DNA of 64,000 bases from Escherichia coli O157:H7 (lineage in GTDB: Bacteria; Pseudomonadota; Gammaproteobacteria; Enterobacterales; Enterobacteriaceae). Shown here one piece after another: positions 63,336-64,000 of this stretch (position 1 is the first letter of the stretch; the number at the start of each line of letters is the position of its first letter). The stretch lies in the NCBI RefSeq assembly GCF_013167455.1, contig NZ_CP038328.1. One strand, written 5' to 3'. Both the position numbers and the translations under genes were made by a program. A model generated the notes under the pieces. That model made no database searches and had not been told where the DNA came from. It saw only the letters and a program-made list of their open reading frames with translations.

Positions 63336-64000
63336 TTATATCAGCGAGGTCAGAGATGCCAACCGGGAAATTTCCAGATGCGGGAGTAAACGGCTATCCC
63401 AGGTTTGCATCAGATCGCCATTTTCCGGTCTGATCCAACAGGCCTGCATTCCGCTGCGAATTGCCCCACCCACGTCAGTGGTGAGATCGTCACCTACATG
63501 TAAGATCTCGCCGATCGGCACGTTGAGTTTTTCCGCCGCCAGGAAGTACATATCGCTGAACGGTTTCGAGCGCCCGTGCGGGCCAGCGCGCAGCACAAAC
63601 TCAAAATAATCCCCCAAACCAAACAGTTCCGGCTGAGCGTTACCGTTGGTGATCGCCACCAGCGGCCATTTCTTCGCCAGCTGTTTTAAGGTGTCGTGGG
63701 TTTGCTGCGGGACGTCGATCCTGCTGCGCCATTTAGCAAAGTTGATCATTGCCGCGTGTGCGCCTGCACTGGCTTCTTCCGCGCTCAATCCGGCGTCAAG
63801 CATCGCTTGTTCTATTGAGCGAAAACGCCAGCGCGTCACGTCGTGATAAATCTCGGGTTCCGCTTCCCGTACCGCCTGGCGCAGGCGTTGCAGATCTTCA
63901 TTCTGGAAGCTGCGCAGCGCCGGATGGTAATTTTGCACAAAGGTAAGCGCCTCCTGCTCGGTGCGCAAAATCACCGGACGGTTATCGTAAAGGGTATCAT
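63336..64000 (-). CDS. yigB: HAD-family phosphatase YigB (C-terminal part; start lies beyond window end)
   Basis: In-frame translation ...[34 protein letters not shown]...; open to the window edge. Confidence 0.85.
   Translation of the reverse strand, partial: DTLYDNRPVILRTEQEALTFVQNYHPALRSFQNEDLQRLRQAVREAEPEIYHDVTRWRFRSIEQAMLDAGLSAEEASAGAHAAMINFAKWRSRIDVPQQTHDTLKQLAKKWPLVAITNGNAQPELFGLGDYFEFVLRAGPHGRSKPFSDMYFLAAEKLNVPIGEILHVGDDLTTDVGGAIRSGMQACWIRPENGDLMQTWDSRLLPHLEISRLASLTSLI

Overview
This window reads as a contiguous piece of an Escherichia coli-type chromosome (typA-glnALG ... polA ... rrnA ... fadBA ... tatABCD ... metE/metR ... recQ ... corA ... uvrD-yigB), mostly conserved housekeeping genes in the reverse of the usual K-12 map orientation. 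Gene names come from my recognition of the translated ORFs and RNA sequences; nothing was searched against a database. I can support about 65 protein genes, a complete rrnA-type rRNA operon on the minus strand (16S, tRNA-Ile, tRNA-Ala, 23S, 5S), two sRNAs (CsrC, Spot 42), the small protein yshB, and a set of regulatory sites and terminators. Two places look like accessory content. (1) The rarD-corA interval (about 55.3-58.0 kb) is conspicuously AT-rich and carries four unrecognised ORFs; the last two form a translationally coupled pair (282 aa soluble protein plus 163 aa protein with an N-terminal hydrophobic anchor) bracketed by an approximately 145-bp direct repeat of the corA 3' end. This is my best candidate for an undescribed two-gene module, possibly toxin/immunity or defence; function is inference only. 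(2) Between yigE and uvrD sits a signal-peptide-bearing SAM hydroxide adenosyltransferase-like gene that I do not recall in K-12. No CRISPR array, IS element, integrase or prophage was seen.
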